A stretch of 64,000 nucleotides of DNA. It comes from Escherichia phage vB_EcoS_Uz-1. The translations under genes were made by a program, and so were the position numbers. Under the pieces are notes generated by a model that was not told the DNA's origin, did not search any database, and saw only the letters and a list, made by a program, of their open reading frames with translations. Positions 53,137-62,277 of this stretch are shown here, one piece after another; positions within the stretch are counted from its first letter, which is position 1; every line of letters starts with the position of its first letter. Location: the sequence record OP312987.1; one strand, written 5' to 3'.

Positions 53137-54188
53137 TTATCCGTGAATGTAGCGGGAGATGTTAGCAGCAGCCTTACGCCATTCAGGGGTAGCCTGAAGT
53201 TCTGGCAATGCTCTGCCTACTGTACGAAAGTACAGAATCTTATGAGTGAACGTTTTAAAGCGTTCAATGTACTGAAGAACATCAGCGAAGTTTTCCTCAG
53301 TAGTTTTGTTAGCCAGATGGTTAACGGTAGCCCAACACAGGTTATTATCTTCCGGTAGTGTACAGCCCATAGGGTCTTTGACTACCTTATCAATCGTAAT
53401 GATACGATTGTACACCTGTGTAAATTGAACAAACTCTGTAGCCTTACCAGCAGTAACGTGTCCTGCATAGTAGATAGAATCTTCATCAGGCAGAGCACCT
53501 TCAGGACGGTTCTTGAGGTCTTTGTTAACAAAGTCCCAGGTACGAGGGCAACAGAACGTTTTGTTCTTATGTGCTGGGTCGAAGTCATGCAGATAACCGG
53601 GGTTAGCATGTAAGAATGCAACCAGACGTTCATCCATTGTTGTGGAATCATTACGTCTTCAACAAAGATGTCGAAGTTAAGTTCCATTTCGAAGTGGACA
53701 ACACGGGACTGCATTGCAGTACCCAGTGGGTTAACGATGGCACGGTCAGTAGCTTTGTTACCAGCACAGATAATCATCACATTAGGATGAAGTTTTTTCT
53801 GACCAGTCATACGGTCTAGAATCAGTTTATATGCAGCAGCTATTACTTCTTTGCGAGCAGATGGGAACTCATCAAGGAATAAGAGCCAGCCATTATATCC
53901 TTCCGGTATTTTATCCCCTTCAATTGGGAATAAGTCAGCGAATGGAATAAACTCTGCACGGTCACCATTACGGAATGGTAAGCCAGAAAGGTCTTCCGGG
54001 GCAGAAGTTGACAGACGATGGTCTATCAACTTCATACCAAATTCTTCTGCAATAGAACGAATGATTGCAGATTTACCCATGCCAGGTGATGAAGTCAGGA
54101 ACGGTACGTTACCTGCTTTCAAAGCACGGATAATAAAGTTACGAGCTTGACGTGAATTACATACGGTCAAGGAGTCAATGCTTGCCAT
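53137..54188 (-). CDS. MoxR-like AAA+ ATPase; N- and C-terminal parts in different frames
   Basis: Walker A SSPGMGKS, Walker B LLFLDEF, sensor-1-like ICAGN in 54188..~53650; a protein-like C-terminal ORF 53137..53637 in another frame, while the N-terminal frame continues as low-complexity garbage. Could instead be two genes. Confidence 0.5.
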
Positions 54189-54222
54189 TTACTTACTCTC
54201 CTAAAGCTAATGGAATTACTGA

Positions 54223-54552
54223 TTAAGATTTAGTGCAGGGATAGGCCTTGTGTACTGAGTACACAACAATTTGAGATGTATTCTTCATCTTGAGGATTGC
54301 AGAGTCATAAATAACCACTTTGGCAATCTTAGGCAGAATGACCGAATATTTAATACCTTCTGGAACACAGTTATCTGTGCTCTCGATGTAAGAGATCATA
54401 CTGCCCATGAAGAAACCTTGTCCGAACGCATCACGAGTGTCATCCAGGTAAGCCTGAGCACCTTCCAGAATTGGTTCTGGTTCAATTGCTTGTGCACTTG
54501 GGGCTAAAGCTATCAGTGCAGCTACTGCAATACCTTTAAGTAAAGTTTTCAT
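54223..54552 (-). CDS. small secreted protein with Sec-type signal peptide
   Basis: N-terminus MKTLLKGIAVAALIALAPSAQA with an AxA cleavage-like site; 109 aa. Confidence 0.5.
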   Translation of the reverse strand: MKTLLKGIAVAALIALAPSAQAIEPEPILEGAQAYLDDTRDAFGQGFFMGSMISYIESTDNCVPEGIKYSVILPKIAKVVIYDSAILKMKNTSQIVVYSVHKAYPCTKS

Positions 54553-54738
54553 TTAGTTACCTTTCATTTCATTGAGTTTAAGTACACCGATAGGGGTTAA
54601 TGACCACCCAAGACCAGCATTGAACTGAACTAAGCCCAGCTTCTTAAGAGACTGTGCGGTTTTGTTATTACGGTTGCTGGTGGCAGAACCACCTTGAACC
54701 ATACGAAGGAAGATTGCTTGGGACTGAGTTAATTTCAA
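54553..54738 (-). CDS. hypothetical protein
   Basis: 61-aa ORF, start overlapping the upstream stop. Confidence 0.35.
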   Translation of the reverse strand: MKLTQSQAIFLRMVQGGSATSNRNNKTAQSLKKLGLVQFNAGLGWSLTPIGVLKLNEMKGN

Positions 54739-54944
54739 AGGTAATATCCTTCCAGGTTTATTGGTGTTACAAATGTATTTGCTGATAGATAGAATGATTT
54801 ACCAGTTTCTACAGCAACAGCAGCAGGTTTGCCTTCAGGTAGGTGAATCTTTAAACACACTGTCTGGTTATAAATAAAACCATTAGCAGGCTCTACATCA
54901 CCGAAAGTTACTTCATTGTTCTCAGAACGATTTGTTACTTTCAC
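54735..54944 (-). CDS. hypothetical protein
   Basis: 69-aa ORF, ATGA-coupled. Confidence 0.35.
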   Translation of the reverse strand: MKVTNRSENNEVTFGDVEPANGFIYNQTVCLKIHLPEGKPAAVAVETGKSFYLSANTFVTPINLEGYYL

Positions 54945-55201
54945 TCATCTTCTCCTTCATCCGGTAGCGGTGATAAATCTACACCTAAATGCTTCAGGCG
55001 TTTCTCTAAGTCATCTACCTTATTTTGATAAAATGACAGTAGCTCAGGTAGTATTCTTGTACGAGCTTGCGGTCCTAAATCCTTATCGTAAAAGGATACT
55101 TTCACCATATGTGGAGCTTTCTTCAAACTAGCTAATTGCTGTCGGTTGTCGTTGTATTCTTCATACAATTTCTCAACCAAATGTAGATTGTGGATATTCA
55201 T
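54941..55201 (-). CDS. hypothetical protein
   Basis: 86-aa ORF, ATGA-coupled. Confidence 0.4.
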   Translation of the reverse strand: MNIHNLHLVEKLYEEYNDNRQQLASLKKAPHMVKVSFYDKDLGPQARTRILPELLSFYQNKVDDLEKRLKHLGVDLSPLPDEGEDE

Positions 55202-55386
55202 TTCTTCTCCGGTACGAACTGCATTACACAGCTTTGATTACGAGGGATATTAAGTTCACATTCATGCTTGAGGGTTTGTGTTACAGAGTTTGGAGTAGAA
55301 CCAAAATAGGTATTGGAGATAGCTACGAATCCTGCACCTATTAAACCACCTAGTAAGAATGAGAAGAATGCAATCTCTTTATACAT
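55198..55386 (-). CDS. small membrane protein
   Basis: 62-aa ORF with an N-terminal TM helix. Confidence 0.4.
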   Translation of the reverse strand: MYKEIAFFSFLLGGLIGAGFVAISNTYFGSTPNSVTQTLKHECELNIPRNQSCVMQFVPEKK

Positions 55387-55446
55387 TTCCTGGCTCCAGA
55401 TGTAGAAAACCCAGTCAATGCTGGGGTTTATCTATCAGTTTATACT

Positions 55447-55707
55447 TTATAGACCATGTGGTCGGCATAGACTACCCGAACCAAACGAACGGTGTCCAAG
55501 TCGGCCCAGGATTAGATTGCTTACTTCAGCAGCAGCACGACTGAATGCTTTAAAGTCAAAAACTACGATACCAAAGAGTGGGGCTGCAATAGCAGCTACC
55601 ATGATTGGAGTCAGGTCAACCAGTGACATACCCAAGATTAAGTGAGCAGCGTAGGCAATAATACCCATTCCAACACCACAACCATATCCAATAGCAATTT
55701 TACGCAT
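55447..55707 (-). CDS. small membrane protein
   Basis: 86-aa ORF with two G/A-rich hydrophobic helices. Confidence 0.4.
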   Translation of the reverse strand: MRKIAIGYGCGVGMGIIAYAAHLILGMSLVDLTPIMVAAIAAPLFGIVVFDFKAFSRAAAEVSNLILGRLGHRSFGSGSLCRPHGL

Positions 55708-55844
55708 AGTTACCTTCTTAGTTAGTAAGTTGATTTACATATTCATATAACAGACAAACAATAGTCAAAAAAGACTCCCTTCAATAGGGAGGTCAAACTT
55801 GAGGGTTTCATTTCAGGGTTTATAACCCCAAACAAAGAATACCC

Positions 55845-56678
55845 TTATTCTGCAACAGTAATAGCGATGGTTACATCGACCTTACCGTTGGTAACTACTA
55901 CAGAAGTAGCTTCACCAGCAGCTACAGGTTTAACTGTCAGTACATTACCAGCAATGGTAGCTGTAGCACGGGCAGAATCTGGGGCAGTCTTGATAGACAA
56001 AGTACCCGCAGATGAACCAACAGGCATAGCAATAATGGTTACAGTCTTACCATCAGTGGTATCGTCAGCAACAGACAGAGCCAGTGAAGCAGGAGTAGCT
56101 ACCAGTGAGCTTGCTTCGTAGTAGCCTACAGCCAGCAGTGATTCATCTTCTACAGTGGTTCCATTAGCATCAGTAACAATCACTTTATAAGTACCAGCAG
56201 AAGCAGCGGTTACGTCATTAAGAGTCAACGTTGCAGTAGCAGCAGATGCGTTATCACCAGAATCAATATCAGCGAATGCTGCACCAGCAGTATCAGCTTT
56301 GAATTGCCATTTATAAGTAAATGGTGCTTTACCGCCTGCTACATCAACATGCCAGTTAATGTCTTCGCCTTCGATAGCGGAGACTAAACGGGGCAGTTTG
56401 GTAGCAATAGTTAATCGTGGGGTAGCTTTCATATCAATAGAGATGGACTGCATATCCACGATGTTGTTAGGCCAGAAGCCTTCTTCAGCTGGGTCTTTAG
56501 CAGAACGTTTATATAGCAGATCACGTACACCATGAAAGATAACTAAGCTATCTGGGTAAGTGGCATCTGGATGTACAAAAGTACCTACTTCTACGGAACC
56601 ACCTGGGATAGAACCACTGGCATCCAGTACAGTTGCGACATTGGTGGTTTTGTTAAAACCTACTTTTAAAGTTGGCAT
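55845..56678 (-). CDS. Ig-like domain protein; capsid decoration protein candidate (N4 gp17-like by position)
   Basis: Start re-derived at ATG 56678 with GAGGA RBS. Ig-like patterns (APFTYKWQFK ... GTYKVIVTDANGT) and a Big_2-like C-terminus, adjacent to the RNAP II genes. Confidence 0.5.
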   Translation of the reverse strand: MPTLKVGFNKTTNVATVLDASGSIPGGSVEVGTFVHPDATYPDSLVIFHGVRDLLYKRSAKDPAEEGFWPNNIVDMQSISIDMKATPRLTIATKLPRLVSAIEGEDINWHVDVAGGKAPFTYKWQFKADTAGAAFADIDSGDNASAATATLTLNDVTAASAGTYKVIVTDANGTTVEDESLLAVGYYEASSLVATPASLALSVADDTTDGKTVTIIAMPVGSSAGTLSIKTAPDSARATATIAGNVLTVKPVAAGEATSVVVTNGKVDVTIAITVAE

Positions 56679-56724
56679 ATCAATTTCCTCATAAGTAAAT
56701 AGCAGGATTAGTATACATGACATG

Positions 56725-56753
56725 TAAAAAATAAACCCTCCGTTAAGAGGGTT
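56725..56753 (-). terminator. intrinsic terminator (minus strand)
   Basis: AACCCTC-CGTTAA-GAGGGTT followed on the minus strand by TTTATTTTTT. Confidence 0.5.
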
Positions 56754-56934
56754 AGTTGTTTACACAGTAGATAGCGAAAGCTATCCATCCTGCCATTACA
56801 AAGCATCCTAGTGAATATGCCCCATAGTAGCAGTAAGCAAACTTAGACTTGTGGGCACGGACTATCGTAGCCAGAACCAGTACAGATAAAACTATCAGTA
56901 TTAACTGAGAGATTACTTCAAAAGGGATTAGCAT
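56752..56934 (-). CDS. small membrane protein
   Basis: Track ORF 56752..56967; internal start at 56934 (MLIPFEV) preferred because the first 11 codons overlap a terminator hairpin. Confidence 0.35.
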   Translation of the reverse strand: MLIPFEVISQLILIVLSVLVLATIVRAHKSKFAYCYYGAYSLGCFVMAGWIAFAIYCVNN

Positions 56935-56951
56935 AGTTGTTACCTCCAAGC

Positions 56952-56984
56952 AAAAAATATGCCTCACTCCCGAAGGAATGAGGC
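56952..56984 (-). terminator. intrinsic terminator (minus strand) after RNAP II large subunit gene
   Basis: GCCTCA-CTCCCGAAGGAA-TGAGGC followed on the minus strand by ATATTTTTTG. Confidence 0.45.
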
Positions 56985-56991
56985 TAGTTTA

Positions 56992-58209
56992 TTAACTCAA
57001 CGCATAGTCTGTTTCAAGAATGTCCTGCCAGAGGCTGTCATCCAGCTTACCAGCAGAGAACTCTTGCCCCAGTACCTGAGACAGGATGAAGCCCAGTAGG
57101 TCACTCTTAGCAATATCAGACAGGATCTGATTGTACTGACGACGCAGGTCATTACCGTAGTTAGGATGGCAACGGAAGCAGTCATGTACAGTCATTACAG
57201 GGAATGGTTTCTTAGGCAGAGTGTCAATCATATCTGCTACTACCTGACGGTCTACATAAGCAATAGTACATGGGTCAAGATAGTCCAGGATGGATAAAGA
57301 TAAGAAGCCAGACTTCTCATAATGGCTCCATAGCTCTTGTACCTTCTCCAGATTACCTGCAATCTCCCCATATTCTGATGGACCTTCATCACAGAGTTCT
57401 CGCACAGCTTCCACTAAGTCACGTTCGAAGTTACAACGACGTAGCATCTCACGCACTACCATCCCATCAATAGAGTGAGTGATGTTAGCAGAGAGCATAC
57501 GGGTCTTCTCTTCAGTACCCTGAACCATACGGGTGATATCAAATGGTTTACCTAAGAAGTTAACAGTCTGTACTTCTGGAACCATGACCTTAATCACAGC
57601 ATGGAAGTTGTCAGGCAATACCCATACGTAACGATTAGCATCCGGGTTACCACATTGCAGTAAGAACTTGTTCAATGCCCAAGGACCACTCGCAACCGTT
57701 TCCATTACATTCTCAAAAGTCTTGAGACGAATACCTTCACCGAATACTTCTTTAGGCTTAGCTTCTGAACCGTAGAACGCAGTCATAACTGCCTGCTTAG
57801 TGTCACTACGTTTAATACGTGAAGCTTCACCAAGGATGTCCAGCATCTTGTGATAGATAACTGTATAAGCATCACGACGTAATGGCTTACCATTCTCTCC
57901 CATGTAGTTAACTACGTTACACAGTTCAGCAGCAGAGCGGTCACCAGTCAGACAGGCCAGTAACTGTAAGCCAGATGATGTAGCATCCAGAGCTACAGCA
58001 TAACCAATAGGCTTACCAGCTTTCATATCCTTCCATGCGTTTACACCAGCATAAAACAGTGCAGATTCTTCAGCTTCATCTACCAGATTAAGTAGGTTAG
58101 CTTCATTCTCATCGAACCAGCTAATACGTTCATCCCATGTCTTCTTATCTAAGCCATAGTTGTTAGCGATATCTATTTTCAGGTATTGTTTAGCGGTTAA
58201 CAGTTGCAT
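56992..58209 (-). CDS. phage RNA polymerase II catalytic (large) subunit, T7-like single-subunit RNAP C-terminal half
   Basis: T7-RNAP-like motifs LDATSSGLQ (A), TAFYGS (B) and HDCF (C). Start re-derived at ATG 58209 with AAGGAA RBS; the track ORF starts at a GTG 30 nt upstream. Confidence 0.75.
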   Translation of the reverse strand: MQLLTAKQYLKIDIANNYGLDKKTWDERISWFDENEANLLNLVDEAEESALFYAGVNAWKDMKAGKPIGYAVALDATSSGLQLLACLTGDRSAAELCNVVNYMGENGKPLRRDAYTVIYHKMLDILGEASRIKRSDTKQAVMTAFYGSEAKPKEVFGEGIRLKTFENVMETVASGPWALNKFLLQCGNPDANRYVWVLPDNFHAVIKVMVPEVQTVNFLGKPFDITRMVQGTEEKTRMLSANITHSIDGMVVREMLRRCNFERDLVEAVRELCDEGPSEYGEIAGNLEKVQELWSHYEKSGFLSLSILDYLDPCTIAYVDRQVVADMIDTLPKKPFPVMTVHDCFRCHPNYGNDLRRQYNQILSDIAKSDLLGFILSQVLGQEFSAGKLDDSLWQDILETDYALS

Positions 58210-58415
58210 TTTATGTTCCTTTTGCTTCTTGCTCCCCACTATGGAGAGCCTGCTTATTGGATGGTTAGGCAGTTACTACGTCGGCAGATAGTTTATAAAT
58301 AATGGTTTTACTCTCAGGGTTTTGAAGCTTGTAAAGCTTCTCAAAGTATAAGCACTTCACATATGTACCTGAGTAGACACACTCTTCATTAACCCATAAT
58401 TCATAGGAGCCAATG

Positions 58416-59234
58416 TTAGTCTTCATTTACTAACTCTTTATCTGCGAACTCTATGACTGCTTTGTTATAAGAGGTTCCCGCATAGTTAATGTGGTATCCA
58501 CAGGCATAGGTTCGCCCACTCTTGTCATACTTATGCGCTAGTGAGAAGTTATTACCTTCTTTGGTCACTAATTCCATTACTTCCTTAGCAGTACGGCTGT
58601 ACTTTTCAAAGGCTTTAACACGTTTCTCATATTCCTGACGGGTTTCACCCTCTTTGGGCTTATCCATATTAGGACGAGAGTCTTTTACATAGTTAGCAAC
58701 GTCCCAGTTAATGCTTAGGCGTTGATTATTCATACGGTTGATATGGTCAAGACAGACATCCATCTCGTGATGGTTCTTCTTGAGGATGATGCTTCCCCTG
58801 CTCTCGTAGTAACCTGTATCACGGTTACACAGAACAGGCTTAGGAGCACTTACAATAGGTAATGGATACTGGAATGCTTCCAGTTCCATCTGAACATCTT
58901 CACTAATCTCATAGATAACACCGAACTTGTCGATGGTAGGGTCATAGTTGAAGCAGTCATTCTCTGCCATCTTATACAGACAGTCAGCAATGTACTGAGC
59001 ATCATCTGAGTGACTCATTAGGGAGCCAATCATAGTCTGAATGTCAGCACGTTTATGTAGGGCAATCTGCACCATTGCATCAATGAGCAGCTTATAATCA
59101 ATTTCCAAATAGGCAGCAAATGCCTTAAAGTCAATTTCTTCGGAGTCCTCAAATTCCTTCCTCATGCGAGGCAGTAATTGATTTTTATTGAATAGGACTT
59201 CAAGCTGCTTCTGATGTTCAATAGATGAGTACAT
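58416..59234 (-). CDS. phage RNA polymerase II small subunit, T7-like RNAP N-terminal half
   Basis: 272-aa ORF immediately upstream of the catalytic subunit on the same strand, AGGAG RBS. Assignment by synteny with two-subunit N4-like RNAP II. Confidence 0.55.
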   Translation of the reverse strand: MYSSIEHQKQLEVLFNKNQLLPRMRKEFEDSEEIDFKAFAAYLEIDYKLLIDAMVQIALHKRADIQTMIGSLMSHSDDAQYIADCLYKMAENDCFNYDPTIDKFGVIYEISEDVQMELEAFQYPLPIVSAPKPVLCNRDTGYYESRGSIILKKNHHEMDVCLDHINRMNNQRLSINWDVANYVKDSRPNMDKPKEGETRQEYEKRVKAFEKYSRTAKEVMELVTKEGNNFSLAHKYDKSGRTYACGYHINYAGTSYNKAVIEFADKELVNED

Positions 59235-59268
59235 CGCATATTCTCCTAATTGTTATTTAAATCCTTAA

Positions 59269-59283
59269 GCTGCGGAGCAGCTA
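59269..59283 (-). promoter_or_regulatory. candidate virion-RNAP hairpin promoter (5-bp stem, GGA loop) upstream of RNAP II genes
   Basis: Plus-strand CCTTAA-GCTGC-GGA-GCAGC, 35 nt upstream of the start at 59234. Shares the CCwTAA-NNNGC-GGA-GCNNN pattern with two other sites. Confidence 0.6.
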
Positions 59284-59287
59284 TTAC

Positions 59288-59548
59288 CTAACGCTTAGTC
59301 CAAAAGGTAATACGAATACTGTTCTCTTGGCCAAGGTAGTTGATACGTACATATAAACCATTACCGCTAAATTCATTACTTTTTTCTTTATAAGGCCATA
59401 CTAGACTACGCATTGGTATTTTAACGAAACCTGATATGTGACCTAGCTTAGTACGACCCTTTAGTTCGTTCTGCAATGCACAGTAGATATCATGCCGTGT
59501 GAGTGCTCTGGCTCTAACCTGAGCAGCCCATAGTTCTTCATATGTCAT
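59288..59548 (-). CDS. hypothetical early protein
   Basis: 86-aa ORF, ATGA-coupled to the upstream gene. Confidence 0.4.
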   Translation of the reverse strand: MTYEELWAAQVRARALTRHDIYCALQNELKGRTKLGHISGFVKIPMRSLVWPYKEKSNEFSGNGLYVRINYLGQENSIRITFWTKR

Positions 59549-59928
59549 GAGAAGGTTCCCCAGTAGATATAGTCATCTCCCAGAATAGGCTTCCAGGCTT
59601 CATCAAACATGACATTGCCTGTAGCATTGGCAAACATAGGAGCAATTTCTTCATCCTTATAGCCAGCCAATCCACAACCAATACGTGTTACTTTAAAGTC
59701 CCACTCTGGGTGTGCTGCTGCATATCCCATGAAATATTTTACGAACATATCAATAGCTTCTAAGGGCATTGTTTTAATGTTCTGGTCTTTAGTAGGAATT
59801 GCATAGCTGCAACCATAATGACCAGCTCCCATACCCCAGCGAGCACCGTGTTTCTTATACGCAACTTTCGCTGCACCAGCACCGTGACGGCCTGCTAAAT
59901 TACTACCGAATACGAAGATTTCTTTCAT
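59545..59928 (-). CDS. hypothetical early protein with glycine-rich nucleotide-binding-like motif
   Basis: 127-aa ORF; N-terminal IFVFGSNLAGRHGAGAAKVA resembles a Rossmann-like phosphate-binding loop. Family not identified. Confidence 0.4.
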   Translation of the reverse strand: MKEIFVFGSNLAGRHGAGAAKVAYKKHGARWGMGAGHYGCSYAIPTKDQNIKTMPLEAIDMFVKYFMGYAAAHPEWDFKVTRIGCGLAGYKDEEIAPMFANATGNVMFDEAWKPILGDDYIYWGTFS

Positions 59929-60004
59929 TTGCAGTGATTCCTTACTTCTTTATAAAAGATAAGTGCAGTCGGCCTTGTATTCACATTGGCTAGCTCTGAA
60001 CACA

Positions 60005-60109
60005 TCAGAGCATACTCATGTCATGCTGTTCTTTCTTGGTTCGACAGTGACCACACTTGCTATCCCATTGGGATGCATAGCCTTTCCCACAATTACATTG
60101 TTTGTTCAT
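60005..60109 (-). CDS. 34-aa zinc-ribbon-like micro-ORF (below the 60-aa track cutoff)
   Basis: MNKQCNCGKGYASQWDSKCGHCRTKKEQHDMSML with a four-Cys CxC...CxxC pattern; its ATG overlaps the upstream stop as ATGA. Confidence 0.3.
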   Translation of the reverse strand: MNKQCNCGKGYASQWDSKCGHCRTKKEQHDMSML

Positions 60110-60354
60110 TTAAAAGTACTCCATGGTATGGACTCCAAGTAATTAATTTTGTAAATAATCTTACTTCTTATTTCTCCACCAACATCTTGTACATGGATTA
60201 GGTTTAACCTTTGTGCTTGGGTTATAGTAGCTGCAAGAGTTCTCCCCATAATATTTGATATTTCTATAAAAGATTTATTGGATTCTACTAGTATCTTTAA
60301 ATTAGTATTATCTAAGTTACTCCACTCTTTAGAATGATTTGCTGGCTTATCCAT
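60106..60354 (-). CDS. hypothetical early protein
   Basis: 82-aa ORF. Confidence 0.4.
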   Translation of the reverse strand: MDKPANHSKEWSNLDNTNLKILVESNKSFIEISNIMGRTLAATITQAQRLNLIHVQDVGGEIRSKIIYKINYLESIPWSTFK

Positions 60355-60727
60355 TTGGATTCTCCACGAAATAGTTATACATAGCCTTCACTAGCTTCTC
60401 TTTAATAACCTCACCATGACATGGTTTCGGATAACAGAAGCACTGTAAGGCCAGTCCTTTCTCGTCAATGGCTTTATTACCCAGACGATTGAGTTCATCC
60501 AGTACAACTGGATTCTTTATCATTATCTGTTCTTGCAGCCAGACTTTATACTTAGCAATTACTTGCTCCCTGGTTCCATGTTTACCAATGACGAATGGAT
60601 TTCCAAGAGGTGAACCACGTCCAATATACTCACCGGATTTACCGTGATGTTTGTTAACAATACTAATTGGACGTGCAGATACACCCAGCAGAGCATTGGT
60701 GTTATCACCTAATGAGATAGTTTTCAT
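60347..60727 (-). CDS. DUF4326-like protein
   Basis: YIGRGSPLGNPF motif followed by a conserved W, recalled as characteristic of the DUF4326 phage family. Confidence 0.45.
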   Translation of the reverse strand: MKTISLGDNTNALLGVSARPISIVNKHHGKSGEYIGRGSPLGNPFVIGKHGTREQVIAKYKVWLQEQIMIKNPVVLDELNRLGNKAIDEKGLALQCFCYPKPCHGEVIKEKLVKAMYNYFVENPNG

Positions 60728-61038
60728 GGTTTAAGTACCTGGAATGCGAATACTGGACGTTTACTACGCCATTGGTTCATGGCTAGTTCACTGGCAGGAG
60801 AGCCATCATGTAAGTCATATATGAATGTAATCATATACTCTGGTTCTTCCGGGAAGTTCTCTGTAGAGAAGGGTAAACCAGCTTCTTTAATACAGGTAAT
60901 CAATGGTGATTCTGGTTCACAATAAACAGTGAACTCTTCGTTGAATGCTTTACTAGTCTGAGATACATAATCAATATTACGCATCATCTTATCGACGTCA
61001 GTAAATGTATTATCATGTACTACTACAATAGTTTTCAT
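60724..61038 (-). CDS. hypothetical early protein
   Basis: 104-aa ORF, ATGA-coupled. Confidence 0.4.
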   Translation of the reverse strand: MKTIVVVHDNTFTDVDKMMRNIDYVSQTSKAFNEEFTVYCEPESPLITCIKEAGLPFSTENFPEEPEYMITFIYDLHDGSPASELAMNQWRSKRPVFAFQVLKP

Positions 61039-61226
61039 ACTGGCTCCCTGCCTGTAAATGCTACTACTTTTCCTGACATATTCCGTAGGGTTACCTGTGC
61101 TGAGTTAACATCAGCAAATTGCTCTGCAACCCAGTTAAGCATCTCAGGGTCATTATTTAATTGTTTGTTAATCACAGTTTTACTGTCTGCTGTTACTAAA
61201 GTGATTTCATAATTTTCAATATTCAT
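61035..61226 (-). CDS. hypothetical early protein
   Basis: 63-aa ORF, ATGA-coupled. Confidence 0.35.
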   Translation of the reverse strand: MNIENYEITLVTADSKTVINKQLNNDPEMLNWVAEQFADVNSAQVTLRNMSGKVVAFTGREPV

Positions 61227-61480
61227 GCTACTTTCTCCAGCGTTAGGTAAACGTTATTATTGACAATACTCAAATCACAAAAACCAATCTCTTCTTGTCT
61301 CCCAGAGGATACCCAGATATTGTTTTCTGTTAGCTTAGGTTTTTTAGAGAATCCTATTAGTGAGGTATTAGCACTCTTATATTGACGAGGTAGTAATGCT
61401 ATATACTTAACCCAGTGAGGCACTTGAATAGTATGCTTCATATATTCCACAGTCTTGCCTGTAGGATATGCAATAATCAT
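61223..61480 (-). CDS. hypothetical early protein
   Basis: 85-aa ORF, ATGA-coupled. Confidence 0.35.
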   Translation of the reverse strand: MIIAYPTGKTVEYMKHTIQVPHWVKYIALLPRQYKSANTSLIGFSKKPKLTENNIWVSSGRQEEIGFCDLSIVNNNVYLTLEKVA

Positions 61481-61698
61481 TTCTGATACCCCTGTATATA
61501 GTTAATACGGCGAATACGTTGAGTAGATGCTTTAACAGCCATCTGTTGATTCTCTTCTTTATGCTGATTATTCAGCACCTTATCCCATTCTTTCTGATTC
61601 CGTTGTTTCTGTAATATACGACTACACTTCTTATGATTAGCAACTCCTCTTCCTTTATTGCAAATTGGGCAAATACCATAATTAGTGCTGAACAACAT
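61477..61698 (-). CDS. small basic protein with CxxC motif
   Basis: 73-aa ORF; GICPICNKG near the N-terminus and a K/R/Q-rich remainder. Confidence 0.35.
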   Translation of the reverse strand: MLFSTNYGICPICNKGRGVANHKKCSRILQKQRNQKEWDKVLNNQHKEENQQMAVKASTQRIRRINYIQGYQK

Positions 61699-61703
61699 TT
61701 TGT

Positions 61704-61934
61704 TTATTCCTTAGTAATGTGATTGGCAGTATAGAAGTCATTAATCTCTGATTGGGTAGTATCAGCATAACCGGATACACCGGTTTCTTTATTAACCCAT
61801 TTATCGAAGCACTCACTGTGTCCATGTGTACTAACTTTTACCCATGTACTGGTTCCAAAGAATGTTTTTTTCTCTACTTCTGCACCAATACCACGTTCAT
61901 TATCTGCAAAGCGTATTACCTTATATTTAGCCAT
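61704..61934 (-). CDS. hypothetical early protein
   Basis: 76-aa ORF. Confidence 0.35.
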   Translation of the reverse strand: MAKYKVIRFADNERGIGAEVEKKTFFGTSTWVKVSTHGHSECFDKWVNKETGVSGYADTTQSEINDFYTANHITKE

Positions 61935-62235
61935 TTAAAGCCTCCATTAATATTTTGCGAATAACGTTAACATCAGATTCAGTACCAATTAAACCAACAG
62001 GTTTCTTTGTACTATCTGTGACAAAGGATGCAATCCTTTCCATCTCTGCTGTAATTAGTTTGTCCCCACTAATAAGACGATTACGGAGGTAAGCTTCATA
62101 AGCTACCTCTACATCTTCTACTGTGGTTCTTTCATTACGAGTGAATGGATTACTTAATTGAAAGGGTAAGTGGATACGGATATTCCTGTCAGCTATCTTA
62201 GCTGATTGAGGAAGTATACAAACAATTTCATTCAA
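61927..62235 (-). CDS. hypothetical early protein
   Basis: 102-aa ORF. Confidence 0.4.
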   Translation of the reverse strand: MNEIVCILPQSAKIADRNIRIHLPFQLSNPFTRNERTTVEDVEVAYEAYLRNRLISGDKLITAEMERIASFVTDSTKKPVGLIGTESDVNVIRKILMEALNG

Positions 62236-62277
62236 GGTTATTTCTCCTATTTAAATACATATCTAACTATTCAGGAA

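Noticed and set aside
11197-54188. Programmed ribosomal frameshifting or transcriptional slippage as an explanation for the many split genes
   Set aside because: The breaks are at short runs (2-5 nt) without slippery heptamers or downstream pseudoknots, affect unrelated genes including essential ones, and each is repaired by adding one base; indel error is the simpler explanation.
58271-58426. 51-aa minus-strand ORF in the 176-nt gap between the two RNAP II subunit genes
   Set aside because: Its start overlaps the end of the small-subunit gene in another frame and it has no clear motif; cannot be distinguished from chance without conservation data.
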